Assembly: GCF_035594765.1 (NCBI RefSeq)
Contig: NC_085844.1
Span: 171,074,107 to 171,138,106 of the forward strand
Source of the DNA: Anolis carolinensis
Lineage: Eukaryota
DNA length: 64,000 bases
Reading direction: 5' to 3'
Below are positions 61,578-64,000 of this stretch, in pieces. Numbering within the stretch: the first letter of the stretch is position 1; every line of letters starts with the position of its first letter. The notes beneath the pieces are model-generated. The model made no database searches. It had not been told where the DNA came from and saw only the letters and a list, made by a program, of their open reading frames with translations. The position numbers and the translations under genes are program-made.

Positions 61578-62003
61578 CAGTGGTCCCAACCTCTGGTTCT
61601 ACAGGTGTTTTGGACTTCAACTACCTGAAAACTCAGTCAGCTTTGCCAACTGTCAGGAATTCTTGGAGCTGAAATCCAAAAGCACTTGGAGGATAAAAGG
61701 TTGGGAACCTCTAGAACAGTGATTCTCAACCTGTGGGTCCCAGGTGTTTTGGACTACAACTCCTAGAAATCCCAGCCAGTTTATCAGCTGTTAGGATTTC
61801 TGGGAGTTGATGGCCAAAACCTCTAGGCATCCATAGGCTGAGGACCACTGCCCTAGAAGCATCCAGCAGTTATTCCCAAATGTTGGTCCTCCAGTTATTT
61901 TTGACTTTGACTCCCAGAAACCCTAGTCAGCCTGGCCAACTGTCAGGAATTCTGGGATCTGAAGTCCAAAACACTTGGAGAATCAAAATTTGGAAACCAG
62001 TGG
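61578..62003. mobile_element. Cluster of three palindromic hAT MITEs
   Basis: cagtggtcccaacc..ggttgggaac; ctctagaa|cagtgattctcaacc..gaggaccactg|ccctagaa; cagttattcccaaa..tttggaaaccagtg. Confidence 0.75.
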
Positions 62004-63466
62004 CATATAGCATGAAGTGTTTCCAAGATAATCCTGAGCTTAACTGCACCACCTAAGAAGTTAATAAATTTGTCATGGCATAAACCAAATAGAGTGGAGG
62101 TGAAGGATAAGCAAGCCTCAATTTCCTCTAATGCAACTTACTCTACACTGTTCAAATGCTTTTCACTATTTATAATTTGGATGGATTTAATATCAGAAAG
62201 GCTCAGAATGTGTTCCTGTTCCTTCCAATATAATTTTGGAGTTACATACATATTTTTAATCCCAAAATATTTCCTGTTAGCTCTTGGTACAATCGGATTT
62301 TTTTTATATATGTTCCCTCGCTCAGTTTGTATTAACACCCAGATTAAATTAGAAAGAATAGGCACAAAATCTGGGCTTTTCCAGTCAGTCTAGATGTACC
62401 CTCTGCTAAAAAACGCAAACAGCAAACAATTCCAGATCATTCATTCCTAATACAGTGACCTGGTTAGCAACTGTACTACTTTTGTACATTTGCTTTATTA
62501 CATTTCAACTGACAATGCCCTCAAAAAAATCATTCTGGGCAGAAATCATCTAAAAGAGAGTGCTGTTTCTTTTGTCACAAGAATGAAGATATGTACAAAT
62601 GCATAGTTTGAATAACTATGCTGACATAACTGGTAGTAACATTTAATCCCTTCCAAATGTTTTTACTAAGATGCAAACAAGAAAACCTGACAGAACACAT
62701 CTGAAAGACAGTAATTTTGGAGGATAGCAACACCTCCTGGCATAAAGCATGCTGCAAACATTAGAAAATGGGCTTGTGCCAGCAAAGTGCTTTCAGAACC
62801 AAAGTGTACATAAAGGAAATGAAAGCTCAGCAGCATTTTACAGATGCAGAAGCAAACTATATTGCTCCTAGAGACAAGAAGCATGCCTGTGGGGGAATAG
62901 CCCAGTCTCAAAATCTGCCACCAAAGCTAGCAGATCAGTCTGCTTACCTGACCCGTCCTCCCCTTCTACGTGATACATCTACTACTGCAGCACACTACCC
63001 ATGTTGTTGTTCATTCATTTACTACCAATTTGTTGTTATGGGAAGATCCCACCTGCAGCTTCCAGGAAGCTTCTCAGGAGACACATCCAGAACGGCTTGC
63101 ACTTTTCAAATCTAATTCCAGCTTTTGGACATCCACTGTAGCTTTTGGACATCCAGTGGAGATAATGGCACACAAATAATTTAATCAAAGAACTAAGTAC
63201 ACAAATTCAGACCGAACATCAAACTGACTAATGCTAGGGTATCACATGTGTACTCCCTTTTTAAAACTCGGTTCTATATGAAGCAAACAAACACCCACAC
63301 ATAAGCCATTTGAGTGAGGGATACTCAGTAATAATTTATTTTAAAATATTAAACTTTCATTTTTAAGTATAGGCATCATGCTTAGGTAGAAAAATAAAAA
63401 AAATAAATGTGAATTATTTAACAAAAAATTACAGATACGATGTGTTAGTGTTGTGTTGTCTAAATT

Positions 63467-63873
63467 GTAGGAAGTAATAGCACCACTCTAGTCTGTTTTG
63501 GTCAGGACCAACATGGAATACTGTGTCCATTTCTGGGCATCACAATTTAAAGGTACTGACAAACTAGAACATGTCCAGAGAAGGGTGACCAAAATGACCA
63601 AAGGTCTGTAAATCATGCCACATAAAACTGGCTGAGGGAGCTGGGTATGCTTAAACATAACTTGGAGAAGAGAAAGTTAAGAAGGGAAATGTTTGCCATT
63701 TTTAAATATTTGAAAGGATGTCACAATGAGAGTGGGAAAGCTTGTTTTCTACTGCTCTAGGGACTGTGATACAGATAAATGGATTCAAACTGCAGGAATA
63801 TGTTGCCTGGGCGGGTGGTGGAATCTCTTACTCTGAAGGCTTTTAAACAGAGGCTCAATGGTCATCTGTCAGG
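63467..63873 (+). mobile_element. Old CR1 3' fragment
   Basis: ggtcaggaccaacatggaatactgtgtccatttctgggcatc..ggcttttaaacagaggctcaatggtcatctgtcagg. Confidence 0.8.
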
Positions 63874-64000
63874 ATTTTTTTTTCATGTCAGTAGCGACTT
63901 GAGAAACTGTAAGTCACTTCTGGTGTGAGAGAATTGGCTGTTTACAAGCATGTTGCCCAGGGAACGCCCAGATATTTGATGTTTTACCATCCTGTGGGAG
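63874..64000 (-). mobile_element. ACASINE2-like SINE 3' part (cut by window end)
   Basis: Poly(T) then reverse complement of the gacttgcagtttctcaagtcgc tail and ribozyme-like region. Confidence 0.85.

Overview
Vertebrate (squamate, most likely Anolis lizard) genomic DNA containing the 3' end of the transcription factor gene NFIA on the minus strand. The roughly 7.2-kb terminal exon (about 2149-9377) encodes SWYLG-stop, keeps a second reading frame (ILVPGIK...TL-stop), and carries a long, nearly TE-free 3'UTR. An intron of about 50 kb follows, and the penultimate exon is probably hidden in the N-run at 59586-59725. Eight short N-runs all lie in unique, conserved-looking sequence. The intron is rich in young, often nested lizard transposons: CR1, L2, R4/Dong, Penelope, several SINEs, Helitrons, hAT/Tc1-mariner/Harbinger MITEs and two solo LTRs. 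Most interesting: (1) a solo LTR whose reconstructed U3 encodes a 188-aa acidic protein with tandem DEESFEGF motifs matching the LEDGF-IBD/TFIIS-N-domain binding motif; (2) an HDV-like ribozyme fold, with a compensatory base pair between copies, inside a tRNA-headed SINE; (3) a 204-bp Penelope palindrome with back-to-back minimal hammerhead ribozymes; (4) a 1.95-kb solo LTR with non-canonical CG...CG termini; (5) a three-layer LTR>LINE>Dong nest. Gene and TE family names come from recall of known sequences, not database searches.
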